NCBI GenBank assembly: GCA_000165345.1
Contig: CM000436.1
Span: 1,088,001 to 1,152,000 of the forward strand
Direction: 5' to 3'
DNA length: 64,000 nt
The stretch's first letter is position 1, and each line of letters starts with the position of its first letter. Positions 41,976-53,437 of this stretch are shown in pieces. A program made the translations under genes and the position numbers. Below the pieces are notes generated by a model. The model ran no database searches, was not told where the DNA came from, and saw only the letters and a list, made by a program, of their open reading frames with translations.

Positions 41976-44336
41976 TTAATTAATATCATCAGTAATATCA
42001 TTCTCATTACTATTAGAGTTTTGGCTAATTGATCTCTTTGCTATATTGTTATTCATTGAAATACTCTTTGATTCATTATAAATTGACTTTGAGCTGCCAT
42101 CCTTATGGAAAGATCTGATACTTTCAATTCCACGGTTATTTTCACTCGAATCTATGGTTTTGTTTCCATTATCTAAACTTCCCGAACTTGGAGCATGTTG
42201 ATGATCTACATGATCCATATTAATATTTGATTTGGATGAATCTTCCAGGTTATTCCCGGTTGAAAAGTCCATAAGACTTCCAGCTCGTGTATTTTGTCTA
42301 TATGTCTTTTTATTCATTGATTTGATCATTTTAGTCAATTTCTGAATCTTTTCAGACATTATTTCATTCTCCCCCTCTAGAATACGATACTTTTCTTGCA
42401 TTTCTCTAAAATTGTTTTTAATTCTTTCATATTCTGATTCAGGTACATTTTTTTCTGGTGGACTAAGTAAATCAACTTGAATCTTTGGAATATACTGAGT
42501 ATTTGCCATAATTGAAGATTTTAATGAAGAATATTCAATTAATCCGCCATCATCCCCTCTTGATGAACTATTTAAACTTCCACTTACACTACTAATATTA
42601 CCAGATCCTTCAATATTTGTTGAGTTCTCAATAATTTCTTCAATCTTTCCTGCCATTTTACTTTTTGAATTACCAAATACTGAAGGTAATACTGATAATG
42701 GTGGTTGTTTAAAGTTTCCACCATCCCAAATTGGACTTTTTGCCAGATTTTTATTCATTTGATTACGAACTCTTAAAGGTTCAAAACCTAAATTTGCATT
42801 GCCAATATCCTCATATAGAAATTCAGATCTTGTCACAACAGAAAATTCTTCTTCTCTAAAAATATATTGAAGCTTATGAAGAAGTTCCTGTATAATTGCA
42901 TAATGTGTTGGAAGTGGGTGGCCTAGAGTATAAGCCTTCATTTGTTCTCCAAGAACTATACTTCTATGTTTTAAATAAGATGCTCTTGCTACAGCTTCAT
43001 CTACTTTCCATTGATTTTGAAGTTGTTGTATCCAAAATAATAAATTCTCAGCTTGATTATCTGGCATTCTCCAAGCTTCTTGTTGATATTGAAGCTTTGC
43101 TTGAACTAATTCCATTTGTCTAATTAATAGTTGAAAAACGTCCTGTTGTGAAAGTAATTCCTTAATTGTATTTAATTGTTTTGTTGACTTTTCTTGTTCT
43201 TCCCTATAATGGTCTAGAATTGACTTAATTTCATTCTTATACTTTCTATTTTCAATCAGTAATTCTTGACTTGAGGTCTTCAAATACTGAAGTCTTGTAA
43301 TCAACTTGGTTAATCCTGCATCGCCACTTTTATATGATGAAATATTATCTTGTAAATCTGTTAATTCATCCATTATCTCAAATTTCTCCATTAGTATTTG
43401 TTGATTAGATTTTTGTAATTGTGAAATCTTTTCATGTAACTGATTCTTTTCCTCAATAAGAAGCTCTTTTTCACTTCTAACATTACTTAAGTCTTCTCTA
43501 ACTTGAGTTAATTCTGCTGCTTTTTGTTCCACTGCTTCACTTGTTGCTTTTTCAGTGACAGTTAATGTACTTTGAAGCTTTTTAACTTGATTTTGAAGAC
43601 TTTCATTCTTAAATTTTAAACTTTTATTTTCATTTTCCATTTGCTTAAATTGATGTTTTAATTTATCTAATTGTTGCGATAATTGGTTTATATCTCTTCC
43701 TCTATAATATCCTCCAGCAACACTTGCAAACTCTCCTTTCATACTATGAGATACTCTAAAATTTTCTTCATCAAATTCTTGGTCAGAATTATCTACAACA
43801 TATCTCATTTGTCCATATTGTATTGATTGGTTCATTGCAATACACCATCTAGCTGAAACATTTGGTGAGCTTGCTGCAAATATTAAAGGATTTGATTCTA
43901 TCCCAAGAGAACTGTTATAATGTAAAAGAATAATTAAATGTACATCTTTTCCAATATTCTGACGTAGAATTGCCTCTTCTTCTCTTGTAATATATTCTCT
44001 CTGAAGTGCTGTAATTGAATCTATAGTGCTAATTACTGTATCGCATAATACATATACAACTTCTAATGTGGATCCATCTTTCTTACTTGTACCAAACATC
44101 ATTCCACCCTTTAAGTTAAAATAATATTGTTCCCAATTATCTTCTTCTAAACTAATATCACGTCCATATTGATTTCCTTTCAAGTTTAGTACATAGAGCC
44201 ATCCACAACATTCAGGATTTATAGAAGCAGATCTTGACAATGAGAGAAGAGATGAATCTTGGATTCGAATTTCTACTTTGTTTATTAGTTCAAATCCACT
44301 CTCTTTTGATTGGTTGTAATCATGTTTCTTAGTCAT
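41976..44336 (-). CDS. 786-aa protein with a probable N-terminal PH-like domain followed by long coiled-coil regions and a Ser/Asn-rich tail.
   Basis: ATG start. N-terminal CGWLYVLNLKGNQYGRDISLEEDNWEQYYFNLKGGMMFG... fits a PH-domain pattern (inference). Heptad-rich segments cover about residues 210-420. Confidence 0.55.
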   Translation of the reverse strand: MTKKHDYNQSKESGFELINKVEIRIQDSSLLSLSRSASINPECCGWLYVLNLKGNQYGRDISLEEDNWEQYYFNLKGGMMFGTSKKDGSTLEVVYVLCDTVISTIDSITALQREYITREEEAILRQNIGKDVHLIILLHYNSSLGIESNPLIFAASSPNVSARWCIAMNQSIQYGQMRYVVDNSDQEFDEENFRVSHSMKGEFASVAGGYYRGRDINQLSQQLDKLKHQFKQMENENKSLKFKNESLQNQVKKLQSTLTVTEKATSEAVEQKAAELTQVREDLSNVRSEKELLIEEKNQLHEKISQLQKSNQQILMEKFEIMDELTDLQDNISSYKSGDAGLTKLITRLQYLKTSSQELLIENRKYKNEIKSILDHYREEQEKSTKQLNTIKELLSQQDVFQLLIRQMELVQAKLQYQQEAWRMPDNQAENLLFWIQQLQNQWKVDEAVARASYLKHRSIVLGEQMKAYTLGHPLPTHYAIIQELLHKLQYIFREEEFSVVTRSEFLYEDIGNANLGFEPLRVRNQMNKNLAKSPIWDGGNFKQPPLSVLPSVFGNSKSKMAGKIEEIIENSTNIEGSGNISSVSGSLNSSSRGDDGGLIEYSSLKSSIMANTQYIPKIQVDLLSPPEKNVPESEYERIKNNFREMQEKYRILEGENEIMSEKIQKLTKMIKSMNKKTYRQNTRAGSLMDFSTGNNLEDSSKSNINMDHVDHQHAPSSGSLDNGNKTIDSSENNRGIESIRSFHKDGSSKSIYNESKSISMNNNIAKRSISQNSNSNENDITDDIN

Positions 44337-44776
44337 TTTTCTCTATTCTTTGAAAAATTAAGATTGATATGGAAGTATATTATATATATATATATATATA
44401 TGTATATTATATATATATATATATATAATATATTTAATAATTATATAATAGAAACAATAATTAAATGATTTGCAATAGCAATAATAATATTTATTGAAGC
44501 TTCTTTGATTCTTTGCTTAAATATAATATTGTGAGCTCTTCTGATTGTATTGAAATCGAATCATAATACTTATTAATTTAGGATCTAAAAATATCTGGAT
44601 AAATTAAATTATATTGCGTAAAGAAACTTTTGATTTTATAAATTTTAAGTAGAGATTCAAGTAGTAATATTTAAGGCTTGAGTTAATTTTAATTTCAGTC
44701 ACTGAACTAATTTTTATTAAGAATATTTTGAATTTTAATTTTTGATTACATGAATTAATATTTTGACTGCCTCAAC

Positions 44777-44790
44777 TTTTCCCGCCTTTT
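44777..44790. promoter_or_regulatory. E2F-like box TTTTCCCGCCTTTT upstream of the 41976-44336 gene.
   Basis: Direct match to TTTSSCGC. The palindrome TGTGCGCACA lies at 45049-45058 on the other side of the divergent spacer. Confidence 0.4.
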
Positions 44791-45276
44791 AAATTAATAT
44801 TTAAAATAATATTTTTGTTCTAATATAAAATGGCCACTAAGTATTGTCTAAGTCTAAAAGGACATTAAAATAATTAAAAATGTGAAGAAAAAAAAATCTA
44901 AGAGAATTTGAGAGTAAAGGAATAAAATATAAGCTAAATAAGTATGATAAATCTAAGTTGCAAGAACTAAAATGAGTAAATTTGTTAGATATTGAATATA
45001 GAAAATAATAAATATTATTTAAAAAAAAAAAAAAATGTGTGCATTTTGTGTGCGCACAAAATAACTTAATAATCAATAATATTCATTTAGTAAAAAAACT
45101 TAACTTGAAAATATGGAACGATATTTTTAAACTAAATTAGAACTTCTCCTCTTTTTGGTATAATAATTTTAATAACACTATAAACAAAAAATAAAAGTTA
45201 AATCTTCCTCTTTTTTTTTTTTTTTTGTTAGAGAATTAATTTAAATGTATATAAATTAATATAAATCAAACTAATA

Positions 45277-46580
45277 ATGGTAATTAATGAAAAAGGAAAA
45301 AAAGAAAACAATAATGAAATATCACCTAAACATAAATTATCAGATCTTTGTTTATTGGATTTATCAAGGGAAACATCATCTCTTCAATTACCAAATGCAT
45401 TTAGTAAATTAATGTCAATTAGTAAACAGTTACAAAATGAATTAAAGCTAACAAGAAAAGAAAGAGATGATGCCTACAACTCTTTAATTCTACAGAGGGA
45501 TTACTATGAACAGTCAGTGGGGTGTCCAATGAATAATGATAATGGTAGAAATGAAATAGTAAGTTAAAAATTTTTATATTTACCTATTTATAATTGAATC
45601 AATGAATTTGAACTAAAATATTTGAATTTGAATTAATTTTAGTTAGAAAAGTTGCTTAATGATACAGCTAATATTGAATATAGGGCAGAATTGAATAATT
45701 TAAAGAGAGAATATGAAAGAAAGGTAAGTAATTCAATAAGGAGACAGAAAATATTGCAATAATGATTAAACCTTATGTTTTTGAATAATAATATTGATAA
45801 TTTTTCTGTCATTATTCCTTGTTTATTTATTATTTTTTTTATATATAACTTTGATAACTATTGATTAATAAATAAATAATTAATCATTACTTTAGATTTT
45901 TGAAATGGAAAAGGAATTTGAAGAAGAAAGTAAGACATTAAAAACACAAATTTTGAAGGATGTAGAGATTTACTTGGCTAAATATAGAGATTTAGCAATG
46001 TTAGCAACAGAAGAAGCAAAAAGACAGCAAAAAAAGGCAGAATTAATAAAGTTAAAAACAAGAGAATTAACAGAAATAACATGTAAATCTTTTGAAGAAA
46101 AGCTACGTAGTAAAATGCAAGAAGATTTGAAGAAATACGAGGAGGCTACTCAATCAGCATATTCAAAAATGATTTTGAAGGAAAAATCTATGAATATTAA
46201 ATGGAATGAAAGGGAAAAGTTTATTGAAAGAGAAAAGAAGGATTTCGAAAAATCGATATTAAAGCAAGCAGAAAAAAGAATTGAAGAATTTAGAAGAGGG
46301 TTAATGACAACTCAAGCACAATTAAATAAAGAAAGAGAAATATTCGAAGATATGATGGGAAATTTGAGGGAAAGGGTAAGTTATAAATTAATTATGAATA
46401 TTAAAATATTTTTTTTTTTCATTTTAAAATTATACCAATTTATTAGATTTCCTCTGAATGTGCTGAATTTGAAAAAGAAATGTATCATAGGTTTGCTGTT
46501 ACATTCAGTTTGGATGAAAATGAAGTCTCAAGAAGAATGCAAAATTATAATGATGCATTAGAAAAGAAAGGTATTAATTA
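45277..46580 (+). CDS. Multi-exon coiled-coil protein in four exons, approximately join(45277..45558,45643..45723,45896..46375,46447..46580). Function unknown.
   Basis: ATG at 45277. Donors are GTAAGT at about 45559, 45724 and 46376. Acceptors are ...TTTTAG, ...CTTTAG and ...TATTAG. The ORF-track pieces 45277-45567 and 45905-46561 are exons 1 and 3. The product is rich in E/K/R heptads. Confidence 0.45.
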
Positions 46581-46684
46581 ATTAAGATATTTATTATAGA
46601 AATTTATAGTTTAATTATTTATATATTCAACAAAAAATTGTAAAAATTTTTTCTAATCATTTTCTTTTGTCAATTCTATTCAAT

Positions 46685-46827
46685 ATTACGTCATTATTAC
46701 GTCATTGTAACGCCAGAGATATTATTTAATTAAAAAAAAAATTCGTGTGAATTGCATGTAAATTTGTTTATTACAATAAATAACCTTATAATAAATAGGT
46801 GAGGGGCCAAAAAGTTACCGCCAAAAC
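46685..46827. promoter_or_regulatory. Tandem ATTACGTCATT x2 at 46685-46706, then GCATGTA, GTGAGGGGCC and TTACCGCCAAAAC. This is the upstream region of the TMEM147-like gene.
   Basis: Duplicated ACGTCA box, a G-box and an E2F-like box within about 140 bp. Confidence 0.45.
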
Positions 46828-47114
46828 ATTGTCTTATTAATGGTCAAATTAATAATTACCAGAAATTAAAAGCAAATCAAATCTAATCAGATTTATAAAA
46901 AATTGTAAAGTTTGATTCTAAAATTTTTTTTGTTTGAAGTAAAATTTAAAGATTAAAAAAATAACAATTGAACTATTTTATTTTTTTATCTCCAAACAAA
47001 CATATTCATAAAATTAAACAGAATTTTTCCCAGAATATTACACAAAAAATATTTAATCTATTATTAATATCATAATCAATTAAGCTTTTTGAATTTAAAT
47101 TAAATTAAAAAAAA

Positions 47115-47600
47115 ATGGGGTTTCCAGTATTTTCAGGAATAACATTAATGATACTATTAATGGGACCATATTATTTAATGTATAATATCTCAAGTGTTTT
47201 TGAAACAACAGGAACAAATCCATTGTTATTTACTTCAATATCTTACTCTGTATCGGGTTGTTTTTTGAAATCATTACTTTTAGCTTCAATCCCTATTCCA
47301 TCTCAAAGCACTATGGAATATTTGAGTATTATTACTAAAGTTATTTATTTATTTTTCATTAGGTTAATTTTACAAAGCAAAAATGCAAAAAATCACGAAG
47401 TACATGTAAGAATAAATGTTGGTATACTAGGATGGTGTATTGCACATACTGCTCTAACTTATTTTATTCCTCTTGCTACTGATACGTCATTAAGTTCAGA
47501 TTTCTCATTGGATTATGTTAGATTAATATTATCTTCATATTCAGCATCACTTTCTACATATACATGTTTCNTATTGTATGTACATGTTAACGAAGCCTAA
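47115..47600 (+). CDS. TMEM147-like: TMEM147-like multipass membrane protein (BOS/NOMO-nicalin complex subunit family). It appears 3'-truncated relative to homologues.
   Basis: SKNAKNHEVHVRINVGILGWCIAHTALTYFIPLAT aligns by eye with human TMEM147 [35 protein letters not shown]. The ORF ends after 161 aa, shortly after an N at about 47571. Homologues are about 220 aa. Confidence 0.45.
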   Translation: MGFPVFSGITLMILLMGPYYLMYNISSVFETTGTNPLLFTSISYSVSGCFLKSLLLASIPIPSQSTMEYLSIITKVIYLFFIRLILQSKNAKNHEVHVRINVGILGWCIAHTALTYFIPLATDTSLSSDFSLDYVRLILSSYSASLSTYTCFXLYVHVNEA

Positions 47601-48160
47601 TGCTTTATGACCTATAATGTGCAACAATAACTGCAATAAGTAGCTGCTGCTGGATTCAGCCCTTTACATTGGGACTATAAAGCATGGAAGGCATAAATAA
47701 TATCGCTCCTTTTATTAATCATCCAATATCTAGCTTTATTGGCATACTATATCAACTTGAACTTTAATCGAAAGAGAGAAACAATTTCTAACAATAAAAA
47801 AGAATAATTCTAGTTATATAACAATTATTTCTATTTTACTTTATTTTATTTTATTTTTCTCCCATTATTTTTCTTCTTTGTATATTATTTATATTATTTA
47901 TAACACGTAATATATTGTTTTGTTAAACTATTTTGATAATTTACACAAATCAACCTTGAAACTTTGCATATTTCAAAATTTTCTAGTTGTTCATCGACCA
48001 AAATTTAATCACTAAATTATGAAATTCTTATTATTTATTCGAATTCCCCTCATTTTGTTTTCAATTAGTAGAAAACTTAAAGATAATACTAAATTAATAT
48101 GAACATGTAATTTATTCCCAAAAATTAAAATATAAATTATTATTATTATTATTACCTCTC

Positions 48161-48188
48161 CTCATGCATGCAATTCACACGTAATAAT
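48161..48188. promoter_or_regulatory. TCATGCATGCAATT-CACACGTAATAATT, overlapping the stop codon of the 48175-49599 gene in a convergent spacer.
   Basis: GCATGCA followed by CACGTAAT. Same pairing as at 27315-27361 and 41763-41780. Confidence 0.4.
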
Positions 48189-49599
48189 TGACTCTAAACT
48201 CTTTAGAACTAATATCATCACTAGGAAGAGGATCAATAATATGATTTCTTGAAAATCCAACAAAGAACCAAATTATATTTGAAGTTAAAAATAATAAAAA
48301 GAATATTCCAATACTACATGGAATAGAAACAGCAGGATCTGCAAAGTTAATAGCTGAGTAAATAAAGCCAAGATCATCTTGAGATTGTGGATTTGGAAGC
48401 TTAAGAATAAAGTAAACAATTGTAAAAATCAGGTATATTAAGCAATAAAGGAATGAATAGAATGCTTGAGAGATAAAAAATGGTATTGTAGTAAAATAAG
48501 TATCTAGTGAAAGTAAAATTGCTGTTAAACCATGTTTATTAAAAGTTAAGAAAGAGAAACCATCAACTCCAACAGGTGATATTATACTCATTGACCAATA
48601 AACAATGGAAACAATGAAAGATGCTGGTAATGCAATTGCATGAAATACCCACATAAGTCTAATTAATAATGGTAAATTAATATTTGTTGTAGTATTATCC
48701 ATTCTTTGGTTAATTTCATCAGCAAAATGTGGTCTGTCTGTTTCTTTGCAATATTTTATAATAAACATATGAGATTTTAAATGATTGTAATATCTTACAA
48801 AAATATTTCTTGTCTTTCTGGGTATAATATATTCATTATTTCTTTCAGTATTATTTTTTATTGCATTCTTATTTAAATTTTCAGGCGATTCAAAAGCTGT
48901 CGAAATTGAAACAATACTTGCATGACCATAAGAAGCTTCTTTATTTTTATTACTATTATTATTTTCAAGATTTAAATCAACCATTTGAATTTCGTTTAAT
49001 TGTGCATTTTTTGGACTACTTGAGTATCCATTAGTTGTATGATCTGATACAACAACTTGTTCATTATGTTTTGAAGGGTTAATATGTTCAAATTTTCGAT
49101 CTAAAATATTTAATATGGAACCACGTGGTCTAGAATTGACATTTTGATGACCAATAATATCATCATCAAGTTTTAAATGAATTCTTCCACCAATTGATGG
49201 ACTATTAGTCATTTTCAAAGACTTTATATACTTTTTTCTACCAAAAGAGTTATTTGCATATGAATATATAGTTGAAGTTGTTGCAAAAAAATAGTAAATA
49301 ATTGTTATAGCATAAGTCCAATTTGTAACATATACACCCCAGTACATAGCATATCCTAACTTATAATAATTAGATACATCCAATCCAAGCATAATAAGTA
49401 GATATAGAAAAACAGATAGTCTAAGGTAAATCAAAAACCATTGTGGAATAATCCAAGAACAGTTAAAGTGATTAGTTTGTTCAAATTCATCAAAAGTGAA
49501 TGTGATTCTATTAATAGCTCTACTTAATTTATACTCCCATATAAATCTATGTAAAATTAATTTCCATCCTCTTTTAATATTTTCTGAAACATTCACCAT
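48175..49599 (-). CDS. Polytopic membrane protein of about 474 aa. Function unknown.
   Basis: Long ORF with many hydrophobic helices. The ORF-track start at 49617 is a TTG codon. The first ATG (MVNVSENIKR..., plus-strand CAT at about 49597-49599) is used here. Confidence 0.5.
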   Translation of the reverse strand: MVNVSENIKRGWKLILHRFIWEYKLSRAINRITFTFDEFEQTNHFNCSWIIPQWFLIYLRLSVFLYLLIMLGLDVSNYYKLGYAMYWGVYVTNWTYAITIIYYFFATTSTIYSYANNSFGRKKYIKSLKMTNSPSIGGRIHLKLDDDIIGHQNVNSRPRGSILNILDRKFEHINPSKHNEQVVVSDHTTNGYSSSPKNAQLNEIQMVDLNLENNNSNKNKEASYGHASIVSISTAFESPENLNKNAIKNNTERNNEYIIPRKTRNIFVRYYNHLKSHMFIIKYCKETDRPHFADEINQRMDNTTTNINLPLLIRLMWVFHAIALPASFIVSIVYWSMSIISPVGVDGFSFLTFNKHGLTAILLSLDTYFTTIPFFISQAFYSFLYCLIYLIFTIVYFILKLPNPQSQDDLGFIYSAINFADPAVSIPCSIGIFFLLFLTSNIIWFFVGFSRNHIIDPLPSDDISSKEFRVNYYV

Positions 49600-50169
49600 T
49601 TTTTTTTTTGTTTTCAATTCAAATTATATATTACGACACTTCCTTGCTGAATACAATATCTTATTTAATATTTACTATAAGTTATATTTTATCTTACTTT
49701 TCACACAGTATCAATTAAGATCTTCTTAAACTTTAATTCTGTATTAGTAATAATTGATTTAGTATTATTTCAAATTAGTTTTCTTTTTAAACTGTTTTTA
49801 CAGTTTAATAATAAAAGAGATCTTAATTAATGAATTGTGGAATTCTAATTACGATAATGTATCTACAACGGAACTCTGAAATGAGATATTTCCTGGTACT
49901 TTTTATTTTTAATTACATACAGTATTGTCGAGGGTGATCAATGTACACTTAAATATTTTTACCTTTAAAATTCAAAGTAATACAAACCTAATTTTTTTTA
50001 ATTAGATCTGAGGACACTCAAAAACTTGTTCATTCCATCAAAAAGAAATGTAATAGTAATCAAATAGTATATTTAAATACTCATTTGATTACTTCTAATC
50101 GGTTCTCTTTTCTATTATTATATTAATCTAATTAATACTTCACACTTTCAATTATTTACCACCTCGATA

Positions 50170-50245
50170 TTTACCGCCAATTCCCCCCTTAATTTTTACA
50201 CCCTTGAAATTAATATTGAATTTAATCACATTGGCGCCAAATTTT
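50170..50245. promoter_or_regulatory. TTTACCGCCAATT ... TTGGCGCCAAATTTT in the divergent spacer between the 48175-49599 and 50927 genes.
   Basis: Two E2F-like boxes. The second is a perfect TTGGCGCCAA palindrome. TGTGGGGAAATGGG lies at about 50294. Confidence 0.4.
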
Positions 50246-50926
50246 CCAAATTGTTATTGTGGACAATTATTAACAGATAAAATAGAAAATAATTGTGGGG
50301 AAATGGGTAAATGATAGTATAAATAATAAAACTATTACAGCTAAAAACTTGTTACAATTTATTTGCTTGATTTTTTTTTGTCATCTTTCTTTATGAATAG
50401 TTAATGCAAATATCTTTTTGAAATATTCATAAGTTCTATTATTATTATTTTTTTTTTTAAGAATATGGAATTAAAACTAATGGGTGCAGTTGCATGCACT
50501 AAATTTATTTCAATAATTTCTCAATTAGATTTTATTTGTAAATTATTGGATAGTTTTATGAATAGTTTAGTTATTCATTAATTTAATGATTAATTAAATA
50601 GTATAAAAGCTTTTAATTATTGAATAATTTTGTTGTTTTATATGAGAAAAAAAATTGCTGTATTTGATCTTTAGTGGCGTATAATGTCTTTGTGAAAATG
50701 TTAATAAGTGATTATTTGAAAATAATTGAAAAAATAAACTTAGAAAAATTTTAATAAAAAGTTGAGTAATTGATATTTTCTTCTAGTATGAATGTATGTT
50801 ATAAGCTCATTTAAGTAAAATATATTAGGGTAAAAAGTGAGTATTGGTCAATTTTAATATTTTCCTTTTTAAGATTAAATAAAATATATTAATAAGAAGG
50901 AAAAAAAAATTTAAATCAAAAGAAAG

Positions 50927-52510
50927 ATGTCGGTAACATCAAGGACCAATACTTTATTTACTTTACCATTACCAGGAGCTTCACAATATACAAGAACTGG
51001 CAGTCTTAATACAGTGGTTGATAATTCAGAATTAGAAAATAATAATTTGGATATAATTAAAGAACATAATGCAAAAAGAGTATTTAATGTTGTAAGACCA
51101 AATAAAAAAATTGAACAACCAGAAATCAAAAAAATTGAACCAGAAAGTAAAAAAGAAATATTATGTCAAAAAAAAAACAAAAATGTGAATTACCATGAAT
51201 TGGAAGTTCAATTAATGATGAAGGATAGAATGATAGAAGAGTTATTAGAAGAGAATGGAAAATTAATTGAAAGTATGAATAAGATAGAACAAGATAAGAT
51301 AGATGAAACAAATAGAATACAACAAGGAACAGAAATGATATTACAACAAGTAGTAGAAGATAATGAATGGTATAAAGCACAATTTTTGGAGATGAAGAAT
51401 GAATTAGAAAAGGCAATATCTCAAACAAGAAACAAAGGAAGAGAAATAGCAACATTAGAGAAACGATGTAAAAATTTAATAGAAGAAAAAGAAACAATAC
51501 AAAATTTCTTGGATGAATTGACTGTACAATATGATGAGAGAATTTATCAATTACAGAAACACAATCAAAATATATGTAATATAAGTCAGTTAATGAAGAA
51601 ATATCTTGGATATGGTAAAAAAGTGAGAAGACATAAGGGAAAACAACAAGATGGTTCAAATTGTTCAATAAGTGAAATAATAAAGAAAATTAAAGAAATA
51701 TTAAATGTTGAACATAATTTTTCAGAAATTAAGTATTTAGTAGACCAGATAGAATTAAATGCGTTAAACTTTGAAACAGAAATTGAAGAATTAATTAATA
51801 AATTTAACTTTAAAAATTATAATAATCAACATTTGGATGAAAATATTAATGATCAAGTTGATTTTAATGATCATAATCAGCCAGTAATAGATAAACAAGA
51901 TGATTTAATGTTAAATAATGATTATCAGAAAATAAATAATGAATTAGAAAGTGCAAAAAATGAAATTGAACAATTAAAATTTGAAATTACAAGAAAAGCT
52001 GAAATAATTGAAGAATTGAAGAAAGTGAATAAAAATGATAAATTAGAAATTCTAGATAATATTGATAATACAAAGGAAAATTCAAAAATTAAATCATTGG
52101 AAGAAAAGATTAGTATTCTAGAGAAAGAAAAGCATGAATTAATTAAAAAAATTGCAAACATGAATCGAAGTAATATAAATAAACATAATATTAATAATGA
52201 ATATATTAATAGAAAATTATTAGTAATTACAGAAGAAGAATTTTCTTCAAATATGAATATAAATGGAAATAAAGAAATTGATAATCACGATGAAGAAAAG
52301 ATTTCAATAGATCAAAGTTTAAATATAAAAAATTCTATCAAAGATTTTGATAAAGATGAAAAGAATGAATTAAATAATAATGAGCTAGTACAAACAGTTT
52401 CAGTTTCTGATATTATTGATAAATATATAAAATATCCAATAGATTATAATAATGGAAAAAAACAGATTATACAAAAAAACTCTATTCAAAGAAATAGATA
52501 TTATAAATAA
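50927..52510 (+). CDS. 527-aa coiled-coil protein rich in E/K/N. Function unknown.
   Basis: ATG start and uninterrupted ORF with long heptad-like segments. Confidence 0.5.
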   Translation: MSVTSRTNTLFTLPLPGASQYTRTGSLNTVVDNSELENNNLDIIKEHNAKRVFNVVRPNKKIEQPEIKKIEPESKKEILCQKKNKNVNYHELEVQLMMKDRMIEELLEENGKLIESMNKIEQDKIDETNRIQQGTEMILQQVVEDNEWYKAQFLEMKNELEKAISQTRNKGREIATLEKRCKNLIEEKETIQNFLDELTVQYDERIYQLQKHNQNICNISQLMKKYLGYGKKVRRHKGKQQDGSNCSISEIIKKIKEILNVEHNFSEIKYLVDQIELNALNFETEIEELINKFNFKNYNNQHLDENINDQVDFNDHNQPVIDKQDDLMLNNDYQKINNELESAKNEIEQLKFEITRKAEIIEELKKVNKNDKLEILDNIDNTKENSKIKSLEEKISILEKEKHELIKKIANMNRSNINKHNINNEYINRKLLVITEEEFSSNMNINGNKEIDNHDEEKISIDQSLNIKNSIKDFDKDEKNELNNNELVQTVSVSDIIDKYIKYPIDYNNGKKQIIQKNSIQRNRYYK

Positions 52511-52553
52511 TTTAGATAGGATTTAATTTGTTATTAATTTTGTATCTATACTT

Positions 52554-52648
52554 GTGGGGATATTCTTTCTCTCTTTTCATGCGCATTAATTAAATTATTT
52601 TTTCCAGGGTTTAAACTATTCAACCTGGCGCTCAATTTTGCATGCCCT
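52554..52648. promoter_or_regulatory. TGTGGGGATA ... CATGCGCATT ... CTGGCGCTCAATTTTGCATGCCC, about 100-180 bp upstream of the 52732 gene.
   Basis: G-box, GCATGC-type element and E2F-like element. Confidence 0.4.
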
Positions 52649-52669
52649 CTTGAAATTAATATACATTTG

Positions 52670-52701
<32 letters not shown>

Positions 52702-52731
52702 TACAACAATAAATTCAAAATTTTAATTTAA

Positions 52732-53406
52732 ATGGCTGAAGTTATTGATATAGAGGAATTTTTAAATAGTATTGAAAGAAGAATACAAAAATGTGAAAAT
52801 ATTATTTCTTCAAAAAAAGAAGATTTTAGAAATAATTATGATCAAGGGGTTTCAAATAAATCAAAGGAGAATAATTCATTAACTCCTACTATTCAAAATA
52901 GGCTTGCAGTTGGTCAAAATAGTTTAATGGCTAATTTAGAAAATGAAATTCAAGAGCTTGATAAAGTTAAAGATGATCAAAGCTACTCCATTAATTATAA
53001 GTTAGATTGTATTGAATCAATAATTAAAAAAATATTTAGTTTAGGACCTTTGGAAAATTGGTTATCTACTTATGAAACAATTAAAGCTTATTTAGAAATG
53101 GACTCTGCAGATTTTGAATCATCTGTATTAACTTTAGATTTAAGAAAAGCTTACATCATGGAACATTTTGATGAATTTAATACAATGAAGTCTCAATTAA
53201 TTGAGTTAGAAAATTTGTTACCATTTTTAAATCAAGAAATAGATATTCAAAGTATTAATGATACTGGGAAAAGATTGAAGGATTTGGAAAATAGATCTAA
53301 AAGAATCAGTAATGAAACAAAGTTATTATGGGAAAATCTTGAAAAATTAGTATTTTCATATTCAAATTTCGTCTATAAATATAATATTTTAACTTTAAAT
53401 CAATAA
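52732..53406 (+). CDS. 224-aa predicted alpha-helical protein. Function unknown.
   Basis: ATG start and an uninterrupted ORF directly downstream of a motif module. Confidence 0.4.
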   Translation: MAEVIDIEEFLNSIERRIQKCENIISSKKEDFRNNYDQGVSNKSKENNSLTPTIQNRLAVGQNSLMANLENEIQELDKVKDDQSYSINYKLDCIESIIKKIFSLGPLENWLSTYETIKAYLEMDSADFESSVLTLDLRKAYIMEHFDEFNTMKSQLIELENLLPFLNQEIDIQSINDTGKRLKDLENRSKRISNETKLLWENLEKLVFSYSNFVYKYNILTLNQ

Positions 53407-53437
53407 ATCAAATATTTATTCAAATTATATTATTTAA

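Noticed and set aside
44380-44440. (TA)n and (TAA/ATT)n simple repeats as possible functional elements. Other examples are at 12538-12564, 31201-31235, 52672-52700 and 57541-57575.
   Set aside because: These are ordinary AT microsatellites expected in AT-rich spacers. There is no higher-order structure or conservation signal.
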